A stretch of DNA of 64,000 nt from Christensenellaceae bacterium. GTDB lineage: Bacteria > Bacillota > Clostridia > Christensenellales > DTU072. The stretch lies in NCBI GenBank assembly GCA_031259085.1, contig JAIRMA010000039.1:10392-74391 (forward strand), written 5' to 3'. A model generated the notes under the pieces. It was not told the DNA's origin. It made no database searches and saw only the letters and a program-made list of their open reading frames with translations. A program made the position numbers and the translations under genes. Positions within the stretch are counted from its first letter, which is position 1. The number at the start of each line of letters is the position of its first letter. This document shows, piece after piece, positions 8,175-19,517 of the stretch.

Positions 8175-9566
8175 TTATTTTGTTTTTGCTTCAGATTCCG
8201 TGGGACTTTCATGTTCTTGAAATCGCACAAATCGTCCAAACCATCTGTAAATAATATCTTTTAACTGACCGTTTCTATGTTTTGCAATAGATAATGTTAC
8301 GTCATATTCTCCCATAGATTTCTCTTCCTCTTTTACTCTAGTTAAGAACATAACAATATCTGCATCCTGCTCAATAGCACCAGAATCTCTTAAATCACTA
8401 AGTTTTGGTAGCTTGTCAGAAGCCTCACGCATTTCAATCCCTCGAGACATTTGAGAGAGAACTATTACAGGGCATTCCAAATCTCTAGCCATAACCTTGA
8501 GTGTTCTGCTAATTTCCGCGACCTCTTGGACTTTATTCCCACTGTTTCGTGATTTTGCATTGCTATCACCACTCATGAGTTGTAAATAATCAATTATAAC
8601 TAAATCAAGTTGCCCCTGTACATTTCTCAATTTTTGACATTTAGCAAAAATTGCTCCTGGTGTTTGTACACTAGAATCATCTACATATATTCTACTGCGT
8701 TTTAATTGAAGTGTAGCCCCCCACAATCTGTTTTGATCACTTGCAACTACCGATGAATTTGTAAGCATATACATATCTAGATTTTGCATGGAGCTAATCA
8801 TTCTTTGTGCTAATTGCTCTGCTGGCATTTCTATTGAAAATAGAGCACATACCCTTTTCTTATCAAAATCATTTTGACTTGTTAGTAGATTGCCAGCAAT
8901 GTTTAAAGCAAAGGAAGTTTTTCCAACAGATGGCCTTGCTGCTAAAATAATGAGATCACCTTTTTGTAAACCACTTGTAACATTATCTAGTATTGGAAAT
9001 CCCGTGGGAACCCCGCGCAATGCTGACTTATTAGCCGTAGCAACATTTAATCGATTTATCAATACGTCTACTGCCTTTGATATATGCTCGAGCGATCCTC
9101 GTCTATCTACAGAATTAATCTCATATAATTTTTGAGTAATTTTATTTATTAATAGTAGTGGTTCCTCAGATGCGTATGCCTTTTGAATGCCATCATTGCA
9201 AGCATCGATTATTCGTCTTAATAAATAATTTCTATGCAATGAGTTATAATATGCTTTGTAATTAGCAGATGAAGGAATAAAATTAGTCAGATAGTATAAA
9301 TAATCAAATATATCAATTTCAGCTTTTTTTGTCATTACCAATTGGTCATTAACAGTCACCAAATCAACATTAACCCCTTCTGAATGCACTTGTTGAATTG
9401 CATTAAATATCCCCTTGTGTCGTTCAATAGTGAAATAATCCTCTGTCATCATGTCACAAACATCATTTACAACAGAAGGATCTATTAAGAAACTGCATAA
9501 AATTGATTTTTCAGCTTCTACACTAGAGGGTGGCTCCCTATGTTTAGTTGTTTTAATATTATCCAT
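8175..9566 (-). CDS. dnaB: Replicative DNA helicase DnaB
   Basis: PPSSVEAEKSIL N-terminal motif, Walker A ARPSVGKTSFALN and DYLQLM. AGGGAG SD is present. Confidence 0.93.
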   Translation of the reverse strand: MDNIKTTKHREPPSSVEAEKSILCSFLIDPSVVNDVCDMMTEDYFTIERHKGIFNAIQQVHSEGVNVDLVTVNDQLVMTKKAEIDIFDYLYYLTNFIPSSANYKAYYNSLHRNYLLRRIIDACNDGIQKAYASEEPLLLINKITQKLYEINSVDRRGSLEHISKAVDVLINRLNVATANKSALRGVPTGFPILDNVTSGLQKGDLIILAARPSVGKTSFALNIAGNLLTSQNDFDKKRVCALFSIEMPAEQLAQRMISSMQNLDMYMLTNSSVVASDQNRLWGATLQLKRSRIYVDDSSVQTPGAIFAKCQKLRNVQGQLDLVIIDYLQLMSGDSNAKSRNSGNKVQEVAEISRTLKVMARDLECPVIVLSQMSRGIEMREASDKLPKLSDLRDSGAIEQDADIVMFLTRVKEEEKSMGEYDVTLSIAKHRNGQLKDIIYRWFGRFVRFQEHESPTESEAKTK

Positions 9567-10142
9567 ATTTGCTCCCTATTTATAATAAACACTTGTGACC
9601 ATTGTTTAGTCCTAACTGTATTTCCATATTATTCTATCAACTAAACCCCATATAATATATAACACTACTAATTCACAGTTAAAGGTTATTTCTATTTATA
9701 GCGGTATGTAAAATGTAAATGTAATAATCATAGTCCTTTATTATATAATGTACTAAGTTTTATGCCTTAAATCAATATGATTTAAATATTGAGATAGCTC
9801 ATAACCGTCCATTAAAAAACAGCCCAAAGGGACTACCCGTAAACTTATTATAACACATATTGCCAAATTTTGCATTAAAAAAACTAGATTTACTGAAGCT
9901 AAAATCGTCTAATATGACAAGTAGATTAATAAAATGATGATTTAAAAAAGACTAATACAAAACTCGACATAATTTAATTATTGAACTATAAAATTTATTC
10001 TGATATTTTTTCTATATGAGATGTCCAAAGCTTCTAATATTAAGAGTTAACTTTAGTAGCGAAACAACTTAGATAAAAATATCTTGTTTTCACGCAAAAT
10101 GGAATATTAACAATCGGTTAATATGTTTTTATTCAAGTGCGT

Positions 10143-10967
10143 TTAATCCTCAATATCAGGTGTGCCATTCTTTTTGTTTCGAAGTCTAACAAATATAACC
10201 ATTGCAGTTATCAATACCCCAGCAATTATTAGTACAACTGAGTACCAACCAAGTGTGTTAGGAACTTTGTTAACTAGTGTAATATCGTCTAGATGATTTT
10301 CTTTGAATTTAACTGTATGTACATAGATGTCATTATTTATATCATATGTCACATCTATTGATGTGGGATTATCTGCTGTCAGTGAAATATATGAGGGCGC
10401 GTATTTTGTTCCGTATATAAAATAATATTCAATATTGCTTAGATCAATTCCATCTATGAGCATAATTTGTTGAAGGGCTTTGTTGAAAAGTGCATTTGGA
10501 TCTTCCTCAACAAAGGGATTCTTAATATTTGAATAATAGGATTTGTAAAAAAATTCGGTTTTTACATTATTATTGCTCGAAGTGTCATCATAACCAGTAA
10601 TTCCATTCGCAATATAATAATCAGTATAATTATCGTATTTAAGGAGTGTAATATTTACTGAATATAATGTTATTAGGGTGCTAAATCCATTCCCTGAATA
10701 AAGATCATTAATAACAAGAATAGTATCGCTCAATGATTTAGCTAATTCATTATTTTGCGAATCCTCAGCCCCTAATAAGTCAAAGTCATATGTTAATAGG
10801 TATTCTAATGCACCGTTTGCATATAAATATTGGCCAAATGTAATTTTAATATTTTTGCTGTCAGAATCGACAGATTCCTCAGCGCTAGCTAACAGATTGA
10901 TTTGGCTAATTGTTAGAATAATGGACAAAATAACTATTAAGCAAATAACTATACCTCTGATTTTCAT
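10143..10967 (-). CDS. Hypothetical surface protein with an N-terminal signal/anchor and a C-terminal TM
   Basis: ATGA overlap with the pepF stop. Hydrophobic N-terminus, plus a C-terminal TM followed by RLRNKKNG. Confidence 0.6.
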   Translation of the reverse strand: MKIRGIVICLIVILSIILTISQINLLASAEESVDSDSKNIKITFGQYLYANGALEYLLTYDFDLLGAEDSQNNELAKSLSDTILVINDLYSGNGFSTLITLYSVNITLLKYDNYTDYYIANGITGYDDTSSNNNVKTEFFYKSYYSNIKNPFVEEDPNALFNKALQQIMLIDGIDLSNIEYYFIYGTKYAPSYISLTADNPTSIDVTYDINNDIYVHTVKFKENHLDDITLVNKVPNTLGWYSVVLIIAGVLITAMVIFVRLRNKKNGTPDIED

Positions 10968-12754
10968 TTCTCTAATACCTGTTTATTTATGTTTTTCAGT
11001 TTTTTCAAAGTTTCTCTAAACTCAGTCATACATGCTATAAACGGCTGTTGTTTTGTAAGATCAACATCCGCCATCTTTAAGGTTTCAAGTGGTGGATATG
11101 AATCACCAGATGACAAGAATTTAAGATATTTGCTGGCAAAGGTATTGTCTGATAGTATTTTGTTCACTATATTTACTGCGGCTGTCAAACCTGTCGCATA
11201 TTGATAAACATAGAAAGCAGAATAAAAATGTGGGATCCTGCTCCATTCATAACCTAATTCAACGTCACGGACTAAAGAATCACTATAATATTCCTCATAT
11301 AATGAATTGTATTTGTCTGTTAAGATGTCAGCAGTCAATGGTCTGTCTGATTCTATTTCGTTGTGTGCAAAAAGCTCAAACTCAGCAAACATCGTTTGCC
11401 TAAATAAAGTGTTTCTGAACATATCCAGATAATATGACAAGAGATTTTTCTTTAAATTGGCAGTAGCATCCTTCAATAGATACTTTATTAACAATACCTC
11501 GTTTACTGTACTAGCAATTTCAGCTAAAAATATAGGATAACTCGCCTTTTCATAACACACGTTATTATTACTAAAATATGAATGCATGGCATGACCCATT
11601 TCATGCGCAATTGTAAAAACATCATGTGTCGTTGGTTGATAATTTAAAAGAACTACAGGATGTGCATCGTAACATCCACTTGAGTATGCTCCACTCCTCT
11701 TGTTTTTTGTTTCTTCGACATCTATCCAACCTGACTCCTTTGCCTTTAGTAACAAATCACAATAATTTGTTCCCAGTGGTTTTAACGCTTTCACAACTAA
11801 TTCATATGCGCTGTCATAATCAAGATGCAGTGATGTTTCGTCTACAATTGGTACATACATATCGTACATATGTAAATCTTTTAGCCCCAACGATTTTCTT
11901 CGATATTCATTATACTGGCGCAAAACATCGGTGTTCTTTTTAACGCTGGTTAACAAGTTCTCGTAAACTATTGGCTTGATGTGCCTTAATGTAAGTGCAC
12001 AGTCTAGCGCACTATCATATTCACGAATTTTTGCCATTGTACAATCTTTTTTAACACTCCCTGTGTAGATTGCAGCTAATGTATTTTTATGTGATACGAA
12101 TGGTATATAGTATTTCAAAAATGCTTTCTTTCGAACTTCTCTATCTCTATTTTGTAGTAATAATGAGAATACACCATGTGATAATTCGATTTTTTGACCG
12201 TCTGATAGTTCGATAGAACCAAATTCAATATCCGCATTGTCAAACATCGAAAAAGCATGATGATATCCTGAAGTGAACGATTGAACCAAAGACAATAATT
12301 GCTCTTCACTCCTAGATAATATATGTTTTTTCAAAAGTATAATGTCAGATAAATATACAGTAAAATCCGCGAATGCAGGATCATCGCGCATCTTACATAA
12401 TTCTTTCTTTGAAAATCCTGAAATTATGGGAGTTATAAATGATGTGGCAACAGAAAATTCTACCTCTAAAGCCTCTACTTTTTGACTAAGCGCTTGATAT
12501 TTAGGATCGCTAGTATCTTCATCGCGTCTTAAAAATGCATAAACTGCCACTCGCTCAAGTTTGCGCATGATCTCTGAATTCAATTTCAAAATTTTCAAAG
12601 TATCATTAATGTTAAATTTCTTTTTTAAAAGCTCAGGGGCATTTAAAGAGCTTCTTATGCTCTCACACATTAATTCTAAATCGCTTTCATTATCAAAAAG
12701 CTCATCTAAATTCCATTTCCTGTTTTCAGGTACATCAGATCTAAGCAACGCCAT
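10964..12754 (-). CDS. pepF: Oligoendopeptidase F (M3B family)
   Basis: HEMGH zinc motif and PepF-like length. GGAG SD lies 5 nt before ATG 12754; the track start at 12778 has no SD. Confidence 0.88.
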   Translation of the reverse strand: MALLRSDVPENRKWNLDELFDNESDLELMCESIRSSLNAPELLKKKFNINDTLKILKLNSEIMRKLERVAVYAFLRRDEDTSDPKYQALSQKVEALEVEFSVATSFITPIISGFSKKELCKMRDDPAFADFTVYLSDIILLKKHILSRSEEQLLSLVQSFTSGYHHAFSMFDNADIEFGSIELSDGQKIELSHGVFSLLLQNRDREVRKKAFLKYYIPFVSHKNTLAAIYTGSVKKDCTMAKIREYDSALDCALTLRHIKPIVYENLLTSVKKNTDVLRQYNEYRRKSLGLKDLHMYDMYVPIVDETSLHLDYDSAYELVVKALKPLGTNYCDLLLKAKESGWIDVEETKNKRSGAYSSGCYDAHPVVLLNYQPTTHDVFTIAHEMGHAMHSYFSNNNVCYEKASYPIFLAEIASTVNEVLLIKYLLKDATANLKKNLLSYYLDMFRNTLFRQTMFAEFELFAHNEIESDRPLTADILTDKYNSLYEEYYSDSLVRDVELGYEWSRIPHFYSAFYVYQYATGLTAAVNIVNKILSDNTFASKYLKFLSSGDSYPPLETLKMADVDLTKQQPFIACMTEFRETLKKLKNINKQVLEK

Positions 12755-13139
12755 ATAATCTCCATTAAACGATACCATATATAAATCAAACTATATATGT
12801 CGATTTATCAATACCATCTCTATACATTAATATTACATTATGAGTATTAAATAGTCAATGATTTTACTATACATCTTAAAAATCATATCAAAATATAATC
12901 ATCTTTTCACATTCAATAATTGATAATGTCACAATCTTTTCATTCTATGTATTGTTTAACATTTAAATCATAGGCTCTACGTTATTCATCAAGCTTTTTG
13001 GTTAAGTGATTTTTGATCGCTGTTTTTTTAATAATTTGTCATTTTTTATAATTTTATATATAACCACAACTTTTAAGTTGTTATCTATTTTTTTACTTTT
13101 TAAATATTGACTAAATATAGATTATTCTAGTTAAAAATA

Positions 13140-13168
13140 TTGAATATTTTATAATTTAATGTTATACT
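13140..13168 (+). promoter_or_regulatory. Promoter TTGAAT-17-TGtTATACT
   Basis: TTGAAT at 13140-13145, a 17-nt spacer, extended -10 tgtTATACT at 13160-13168. Confidence 0.55.
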
Positions 13169-13201
13169 ATATAAACAACATCCAAAATATGGAGGCTTTC
13201 A

Positions 13202-14104
13202 ATGAAGAAGATACTGGAAAAAATAGTTTCCGTAACTTTAGCGTTTATTTCACTTTTATTCGTCATCATAATGTTGATCGTCATGTTTAAACCTGAATAT
13301 GCCGAGAATATGAACAACCCCTTAGTTAACGTGCTTATAATAATCTTTGCCTGCATATATGCAATTTTGTCCGGGATAAACATTGCGCGCGCATTCAGCG
13401 ATTCTGAAAGAATAAACAGCATACTTTTATTTAAAGGAAAAGATAGTGCAACCAAAGCATCTATTTCTGTAGTTAAAAAGACTGCAAAAGTTGCTACAGC
13501 GCAAATTGAAGGCGCAAAACTCAAAAAAGCTATACTTTTAGTCGATGAAAATAACGACGTTAAGATGAAGGTAGATCTCAAAATTAATGATGATGACGTA
13601 GATAAAATCATTAATTCTGTGCGGGCTAATATAATTACTACATTTGATGAGGTGTTAGGATTTAGATTCAAATCAATTGACTTCAGTGTTGTTAATCTTA
13701 AGAATCCTCAATATATACCTAACCCAGAAATGATAAAAGCCGAAAAAGATAAATACTTGAAAGAACAAAATGCAATCAAAGCTGCTGAAGAAGCTAAGCG
13801 TTTAGCCACTAGCACTGAAGAGGAAACGCCTGTAGTTGATGCAATTACAACAGAGGATATACAATCTATAGTAACCCAAGAAATTTTAACTGAGGGTGAA
13901 GCCCCCGAAGTGATCACTGCCTCTCTTGAAGAAGATGATGTTACACCTCCTGGGGCGGCAATTGTGATAGAGAACTTAGAGCCCCCTGTGGATGAAGCTA
14001 CACTAACAGAAGACGCTCTTGAATCACCTATCAGTACAGATGATGCAGAGATTATCTCAGAAGATAGTGATATAGCAGCTCCTACTGCAACTGATGAGGG
14101 ATAA
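13202..14104 (+). CDS. Membrane protein with two N-terminal TM helices and an acidic tail; possibly AmaP/Asp23-anchor-like
   Basis: GGAGG SD. The alternating beta-like central region resembles Asp23/AmaP family proteins from memory only. Confidence 0.55.
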   Translation: MKKILEKIVSVTLAFISLLFVIIMLIVMFKPEYAENMNNPLVNVLIIIFACIYAILSGINIARAFSDSERINSILLFKGKDSATKASISVVKKTAKVATAQIEGAKLKKAILLVDENNDVKMKVDLKINDDDVDKIINSVRANIITTFDEVLGFRFKSIDFSVVNLKNPQYIPNPEMIKAEKDKYLKEQNAIKAAEEAKRLATSTEEETPVVDAITTEDIQSIVTQEILTEGEAPEVITASLEEDDVTPPGAAIVIENLEPPVDEATLTEDALESPISTDDAEIISEDSDIAAPTATDEG

Positions 14105-14148
14105 TAACTAATTAATTTGCTTTCTTAAATTATTTATTAACATGATAG

Positions 14149-14175
14149 ATGCGTACATGAATAACATGTACGCAT
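14149..14175 (+). terminator. Hairpin after 13202..14104 (weak U-tract)
   Basis: Perfect 11-bp stem atgcgtacatg / catgtacgcat with loop aataa, followed only by tta. Confidence 0.4.
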
Positions 14176-14310
14176 TTACATAATATAATTGTATTCGAAA
14201 GTGGAAAACATGAGGCTCCTTGAAATGACTACAATCTTTTCAAAAAAAATAATACGTTTTTCTTAGCTATGCAATATTGCTTTTGCTATTTAGAAATATA
14301 GGCAGGCATA

Positions 14311-16572
14311 ATGAGTGATCTGAAATCAATTGCTTCACGCGTAAAATACTTGCGTGAGGTATTCAATTTATCATATGAAGAAGTGGCAATGGCCACAAAC
14401 ACAACTACCGAGCTATACATCGCTGCTGAAAATGGCGACGTTGATTTTACGTTCAGTTTTTTACAAAAATTATCTAAATATTATTCTGTTGATTTAGCCG
14501 AAATAATTTCTGGAGACATGCCAAAACTATCAGGATTTGAAATAGTGCGGGGCGGAGATGGAATGCCCTATGAAAGACGTACTGGTTTCAAATATTTGCA
14601 TCTTGCTCCTTTATTCAAAAATAAATTAATGGAGCCTTTTACGGTAACTGCAGAATACGATCCTAATACAGTTGATAAAGCAATGCCTTTATCTTTTCAT
14701 AACGATGATGAATTTGACTATATATTAGAAGGTAAACTTAAGTTTAGAATAAATAATTATGAAACCATCCTAGGCCCTGGCGATTCTGTATACTATGATG
14801 CGCGTCTCCCACATGGAATGGTCGCATATGAGGGTAATTGCAGGTTTTTAGCGCAGGTCATAAAACGTGGTACTGGCAGTAGCGAGTTGGAAATAATACA
14901 TTCAGCGGAAGCTGATAGTATAGTTTCTTTTAAGGAAAAAGATGCTGTATACAATGCGTTTGTCACTACCATATTAAATGAATCTGGAGAAATTGAAAAG
15001 CTAGATTTTCATCCTCCACAGAATTTCAACTTTGCCTATGACGTTGTTGATGCAATTGCAACAAAGTCGCCAAATAAACCAGCTATGTTATGGGTTTCTG
15101 CAGATAAAAAAGAAAAGCTATTCACTTTTGCAGACATGAAGCACTTAAGTGACAAATGTGCGAATTTCTTTATCTCGTTAGGAATTAAAAAGGGTGATAA
15201 AGTCATGTTGACACTAAAACGTTATCACCAATTCTGGCCTGCTATATTAGGTTTACATAAAATAGGTGCAATTGCTATTCCCGCTACCCACTTGTTAACT
15301 AAAAAAGACTTTGAATACCGATTTAATGCGGCAAATATAAGTGCAATAGTTATTACAACAGACGGTTCAGCAATAGAAGAATGTGAGGCGGCTCTGCCAT
15401 CATCACCTACTATGAAAATCAAGATCTCATCTGGGCCTAATAAACGCGAAGGTTGGATAGATTTTGACTCGTCTGTTAATGCTGCATCCGAATGCCTAAC
15501 GCGTATTGAAAATGATATAAATGACACGATGATAATGTATTTTACCTCAGGCACTACCGGGTATCCTAAGATTACAGTGCACACATATAAATATCCTTTA
15601 GGGCATTTTTCAACAGCAAAATATTGGCATCGTGTTGATCCAGACGGATTACACTTTACTATTTCAGATACTGGATGGGCTAAATCAGTATGGGGGAAGT
15701 TATATGGGCAATGGCTCTTAGAGGGTTGTATATTCACGTATAACTTTGAGCGGTTTAGTGCAGCTGATATTCTCACTATGTTTGAAAAGTATAATATAAC
15801 TACCTTTTGTGCTCCGCCTACTATGTATAGATTTTTTATAAAAGAAGATTTAACTAAATATAATCTATCATCTGTTAAGAATGCTACCATTGCTGGTGAA
15901 GCATTAAATCCTGAGGTTTATGAACAATTTTATAAGGCTACAGGCCTTAAATTAAGAGAGGGATTTGGGCAAACTGAAACGACTTTAACTATTTTCAATC
16001 AGTTTGGAAGTGAACCAAAGCCTGGTTCAATGGGAAAACCATTCACAGCACAATATGATATAGTGTTATTAAATTCAGATGGCGAACCTGTAAAAACTGG
16101 TGAAACTGGTGAAATCGCAATATTAACAAGCAATGGTATTCCGTACGGTATGTTTAATGGTTATTATGATCCTACTGACACTGAATTCGCTTGGCACGAT
16201 GGCGTTTATCATACTGGGGATTTAGCATGGATGGATGAGGATGGCTATGTTTGGTATGTAGGAAGAGTAGATGATGTCATAAAATCGTCTGGATACAGAA
16301 TTGGCCCATTCGAGGTTGAATCCGTAATTATTGAATTGCCTTATGTTCTTGAATGCGCAGTGACAGGTATCCCCGATCCTACAAGAGGTCAGATTATTAA
16401 GGCAACAATTGTCCTAACAAAAAATACAGTAGGGACTGAGGAATTAAAAAAAGAAATTCAAAACTACGTAAAAGATCATACAGCACCGTATAAATACCCA
16501 CGTGTTGTAGAATTCGTAGAATCCTTACCTAAAACAATTAGTGGTAAAATAATGAGGAAAGACTTGCGATAA
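14311..16572 (+). CDS. Fusion protein: XRE-type HTH + cupin domain + AMP-forming acyl-CoA synthetase
   Basis: N-terminus has an HTH_3-like stretch (IASRVKYLREVFNLSYEEVAMATN..LQKLSKYYSVDLAEII), followed by a cupin (DEFDYILEGKLKF..GPGDSVYYDARLPHG). The rest carries ANL motifs YFTSGTTGYPK, GFGQTET, YHTGD and PKTISGKIMRKDLR. Confidence 0.85.
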   Translation: MSDLKSIASRVKYLREVFNLSYEEVAMATNTTTELYIAAENGDVDFTFSFLQKLSKYYSVDLAEIISGDMPKLSGFEIVRGGDGMPYERRTGFKYLHLAPLFKNKLMEPFTVTAEYDPNTVDKAMPLSFHNDDEFDYILEGKLKFRINNYETILGPGDSVYYDARLPHGMVAYEGNCRFLAQVIKRGTGSSELEIIHSAEADSIVSFKEKDAVYNAFVTTILNESGEIEKLDFHPPQNFNFAYDVVDAIATKSPNKPAMLWVSADKKEKLFTFADMKHLSDKCANFFISLGIKKGDKVMLTLKRYHQFWPAILGLHKIGAIAIPATHLLTKKDFEYRFNAANISAIVITTDGSAIEECEAALPSSPTMKIKISSGPNKREGWIDFDSSVNAASECLTRIENDINDTMIMYFTSGTTGYPKITVHTYKYPLGHFSTAKYWHRVDPDGLHFTISDTGWAKSVWGKLYGQWLLEGCIFTYNFERFSAADILTMFEKYNITTFCAPPTMYRFFIKEDLTKYNLSSVKNATIAGEALNPEVYEQFYKATGLKLREGFGQTETTLTIFNQFGSEPKPGSMGKPFTAQYDIVLLNSDGEPVKTGETGEIAILTSNGIPYGMFNGYYDPTDTEFAWHDGVYHTGDLAWMDEDGYVWYVGRVDDVIKSSGYRIGPFEVESVIIELPYVLECAVTGIPDPTRGQIIKATIVLTKNTVGTEELKKEIQNYVKDHTAPYKYPRVVEFVESLPKTISGKIMRKDLR

Positions 16573-16578
16573 TATTAT

Positions 16579-16618
16579 AAAACTGCTTAAATTTAGGGAC
16601 CCTATTTAAGCAGTTTTT
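16579..16618 (+). terminator. Rho-independent terminator
   Basis: 14-bp stem aaaactgcttaaat / atttaagcagtttt ending in a T-run. Confidence 0.8.
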
Positions 16619-17045
16619 GTAAGACATTATGTTAGATCCAAGGGCCAATTACTTAAAAATCTTAGTTCTAAATGTTTTTACAAAAATTGTGTGCTTTACA
16701 TATCATCATAATAATGATAATTGCTAGAGATTGAACCTCTGATCTTAGTATGAAGGTATGCTATAAGATCAAAGTATATAATATACATTCACACTTAGCT
16801 AGCTAAATTATGCTCTTTGATTTAGTATTCATTTTAAGCAGTTAAAAAGTAAGCAATTATATTGTTCAAATGACTTAATAATTAGCTATTTAAAAAAATA
16901 GTTTCTTTATTTTAATTATAAGGAACTAAAATAATTTATATGAAATGCTTCTTTTAAAATAAAAAGTAGCATTTTTTCTTGATGTAGAACAGAAGACGTA
17001 TTATCTATTCAGTCTGGATCTAGCATTATTTCCATATTCTAATAA

Positions 17046-19517
17046 TTATTTTTGATAATCATCCTTTTTAAACTTTCTTTTCTTTAGGAGTTCAAATACG
17101 AATTTTGTAATACCTTTTATTGTATGACCATTAAAAGCCCTTAAAACATTAGCCGTCGCTTTGTATGATACATTACCTGAACTCATCATATAAAAGTTTC
17201 TTATTGGCATATAACCAGCGCCCTTTTTTGTCATTTTCTTTTGTACTCTGGTTGCGTCTTTAGCTAGCAGTGAAACACTGCTCTTTTTGAATACATATTT
17301 AAAAAGCTTTCCAAACCAGTTGCCACGATCTAACTCATCAACTGTGCTATTAAAATTGAAATTACCAATCCGCGGAGGTACATAAATATTAGGCGACCTG
17401 CCTAGTAATGCTTTGAATTGATCATCAGGGATACTATCAACTTGGGCAATATTATAGTAGGCAGGTAATTCATTAATCCTGGATTTTAGATTTGCATTGC
17501 CAATGCAATTAACCTTTCCATATGCCCTTATGTCCCTTGATGAGGCGCCAATTAATATTTCGAATTCGCCATTTTCTACTTGCCAATCACTCGTTTCTAT
17601 ATCATAAAAGGCAAAAGCGCGTCTATCAAGATCCATCGTAACAGTTTTCTTTTGGCCCACATCTAGAGTAACTTTAAAAAACCCTTTCAATTCTTTATCT
17701 GGCCTAAAAACAGAGGATTCTAGATCCTTGACATACAGTTGCACTATTTCCTTGCCCTCAAGGCTCCCAATATTTTCGACATCAATAGAGACAGTTAAAA
17801 TATCATCCGCTGTTATTTCAGTGGCAGAAAGTTTAAGGTCAGAGTATTTAAACTTAGTGTATGACAAGCCGTATCCGAATGGATAACGCACTTGTTTCCA
17901 GGCAGAATCATAATATCGATATCCAACATAAACACTCTCGCGATATTCTGCGATAATATTTCCATAATATTGGCTCGCTAGGTAATCATTTATGTCAATT
18001 GGATATGTTTCTGCTAGTTTTCCAGACGGGTTTACATTGCCAAAGAGAACATCGTAAATTGCCTCAGCACAACCTTCACCGCCTAAATATACGTTAATCA
18101 AGCCTTTAAATTTTTCAGGATGCGAAATTTTAACTGGGGACCCGCCTGTTAGAATTACTACTATATTTGTATTAACAGCATAAATAGCATCTAACAAGGC
18201 CTCATGCTCAGGAGGCATGTTAATGTGCGTTCGATCAAACGATTCAGATTCATAATCTTCTGGTAATCCAACAAACAATAGTACTAGTGAATTATTAGCT
18301 GCTATCTCAACGGCTTCTTCGATCTTGTTATGAGCCTTCCCGCCTATTCTCTTCTTGTTTATGTTGCCGGCTTCTAGTTTATATCCGTCAGCATAGGCAA
18401 ATTTAATATCATGATCCGTTAATACATCTAAAAAGCTCCTGACTTTTCGAGGGATCACCTGACTAGACCCAGAACCTTGTAATCGCATAGTTAACGCCAA
18501 TTTGCCTATTACTGCTACAGATTCAAGTGAATCTTGCATTATTGGTAAGATATCTCCCTCATTTTTTAATAGGACAAAAGACTCAGTAGCAACACGACGT
18601 GCAAGATCATGATGGGCCTCATAATTAGCTCTGTATTCATCTACTACTTTAGAATTATTAATTAATGTAAGTATCCTTCTGACACAATCATCTAATAATT
18701 TAATGTCTAATTCGCCGTAATTTACTGCATCAACAATCTTTTTATCATTTTCACCATTCGATGATGGCATCTCGATATCTAGGCCGGCTCTAATACCTTC
18801 TACCCTATCATTAACTGCACCCCAGTCCGAAATAACACAACCTTTAAATCCCCATTTCTCTCTTAGAATGTCATTTAATAATAATTTGTTATCACTACCA
18901 TGTACTCCGTTGATTAGGTTATAACAACACATGACAGTTAGAGGATTAGCTTTCTTTACTGCTATTTCAAAAGCAGTTAAATAAATCTCATGCAAAGCCC
19001 GCTCATCAATCTCAGATGATGATATATGTCTATTTTGTTCTTGACTATTAGCTGCATAGTGTTTTAACGAGGCTCCTACACCAGTGCTTTGCAAACCATT
19101 TATGTATGCGGCACCTAATTCGCCGGACAAGATAGGATCTTCACTAAAATATTCGAAATTTCTCCCACACAAAGGTGATCTCTTTATATTAACACCAGGG
19201 CCTAAAAGTACTTGTACTCCTTGACAGAGGCACTCCTCTCCTAATGCTACACCTACTTCGTAGAGTAGTTCTCTGTCCCACGAGCAGGCTGTAGTGACCG
19301 CAGTAGGAAAGCAGGTCGCAGGCTTTGAGGTTTTTAATATATTCCCAACCCCACTGACCTCAAGTTCACGTCTAAGTCCATGTGGGCCATCAGAAAAAAA
19401 TATCGAGGGGATCCCGTGTTTTTTAATAGGTGTTGATTCCCAAAGATTAACACCAGAACACAATGCGGCTTTTTCTTCTACAGAAAGTCTGCTAATTATA
19501 TCATCAATATCTATCAT
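17046..19517 (-). CDS. Glycoside hydrolase family 3 beta-glucosidase (cytoplasmic, no signal peptide)
   Basis: GH3 motifs GPGVNIKRSPLCGRNFEYFSEDP, KHYAANSQE and nucleophile region VISDWGA, with an Fn3-like C-terminal region. Confidence 0.9.
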   Translation of the reverse strand: MIDIDDIISRLSVEEKAALCSGVNLWESTPIKKHGIPSIFFSDGPHGLRRELEVSGVGNILKTSKPATCFPTAVTTACSWDRELLYEVGVALGEECLCQGVQVLLGPGVNIKRSPLCGRNFEYFSEDPILSGELGAAYINGLQSTGVGASLKHYAANSQEQNRHISSSEIDERALHEIYLTAFEIAVKKANPLTVMCCYNLINGVHGSDNKLLLNDILREKWGFKGCVISDWGAVNDRVEGIRAGLDIEMPSSNGENDKKIVDAVNYGELDIKLLDDCVRRILTLINNSKVVDEYRANYEAHHDLARRVATESFVLLKNEGDILPIMQDSLESVAVIGKLALTMRLQGSGSSQVIPRKVRSFLDVLTDHDIKFAYADGYKLEAGNINKKRIGGKAHNKIEEAVEIAANNSLVLLFVGLPEDYESESFDRTHINMPPEHEALLDAIYAVNTNIVVILTGGSPVKISHPEKFKGLINVYLGGEGCAEAIYDVLFGNVNPSGKLAETYPIDINDYLASQYYGNIIAEYRESVYVGYRYYDSAWKQVRYPFGYGLSYTKFKYSDLKLSATEITADDILTVSIDVENIGSLEGKEIVQLYVKDLESSVFRPDKELKGFFKVTLDVGQKKTVTMDLDRRAFAFYDIETSDWQVENGEFEILIGASSRDIRAYGKVNCIGNANLKSRINELPAYYNIAQVDSIPDDQFKALLGRSPNIYVPPRIGNFNFNSTVDELDRGNWFGKLFKYVFKKSSVSLLAKDATRVQKKMTKKGAGYMPIRNFYMMSSGNVSYKATANVLRAFNGHTIKGITKFVFELLKKRKFKKDDYQK

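Noticed and set aside
15225-15890. 221-aa ORF antisense to the acyl-CoA synthetase gene. Similar long antisense ORFs occur at 3545..4048, 43998..44531, 44658..45056, 13162..13671, 1614..1979, 35703..36050, 58196..58654 and 56021..56368.
   Set aside because: Each lies entirely inside a confidently identified gene on the other strand. They have no SD and show low-complexity, Ser/Ile-rich mirror-frame composition. These are typical shadow ORFs.
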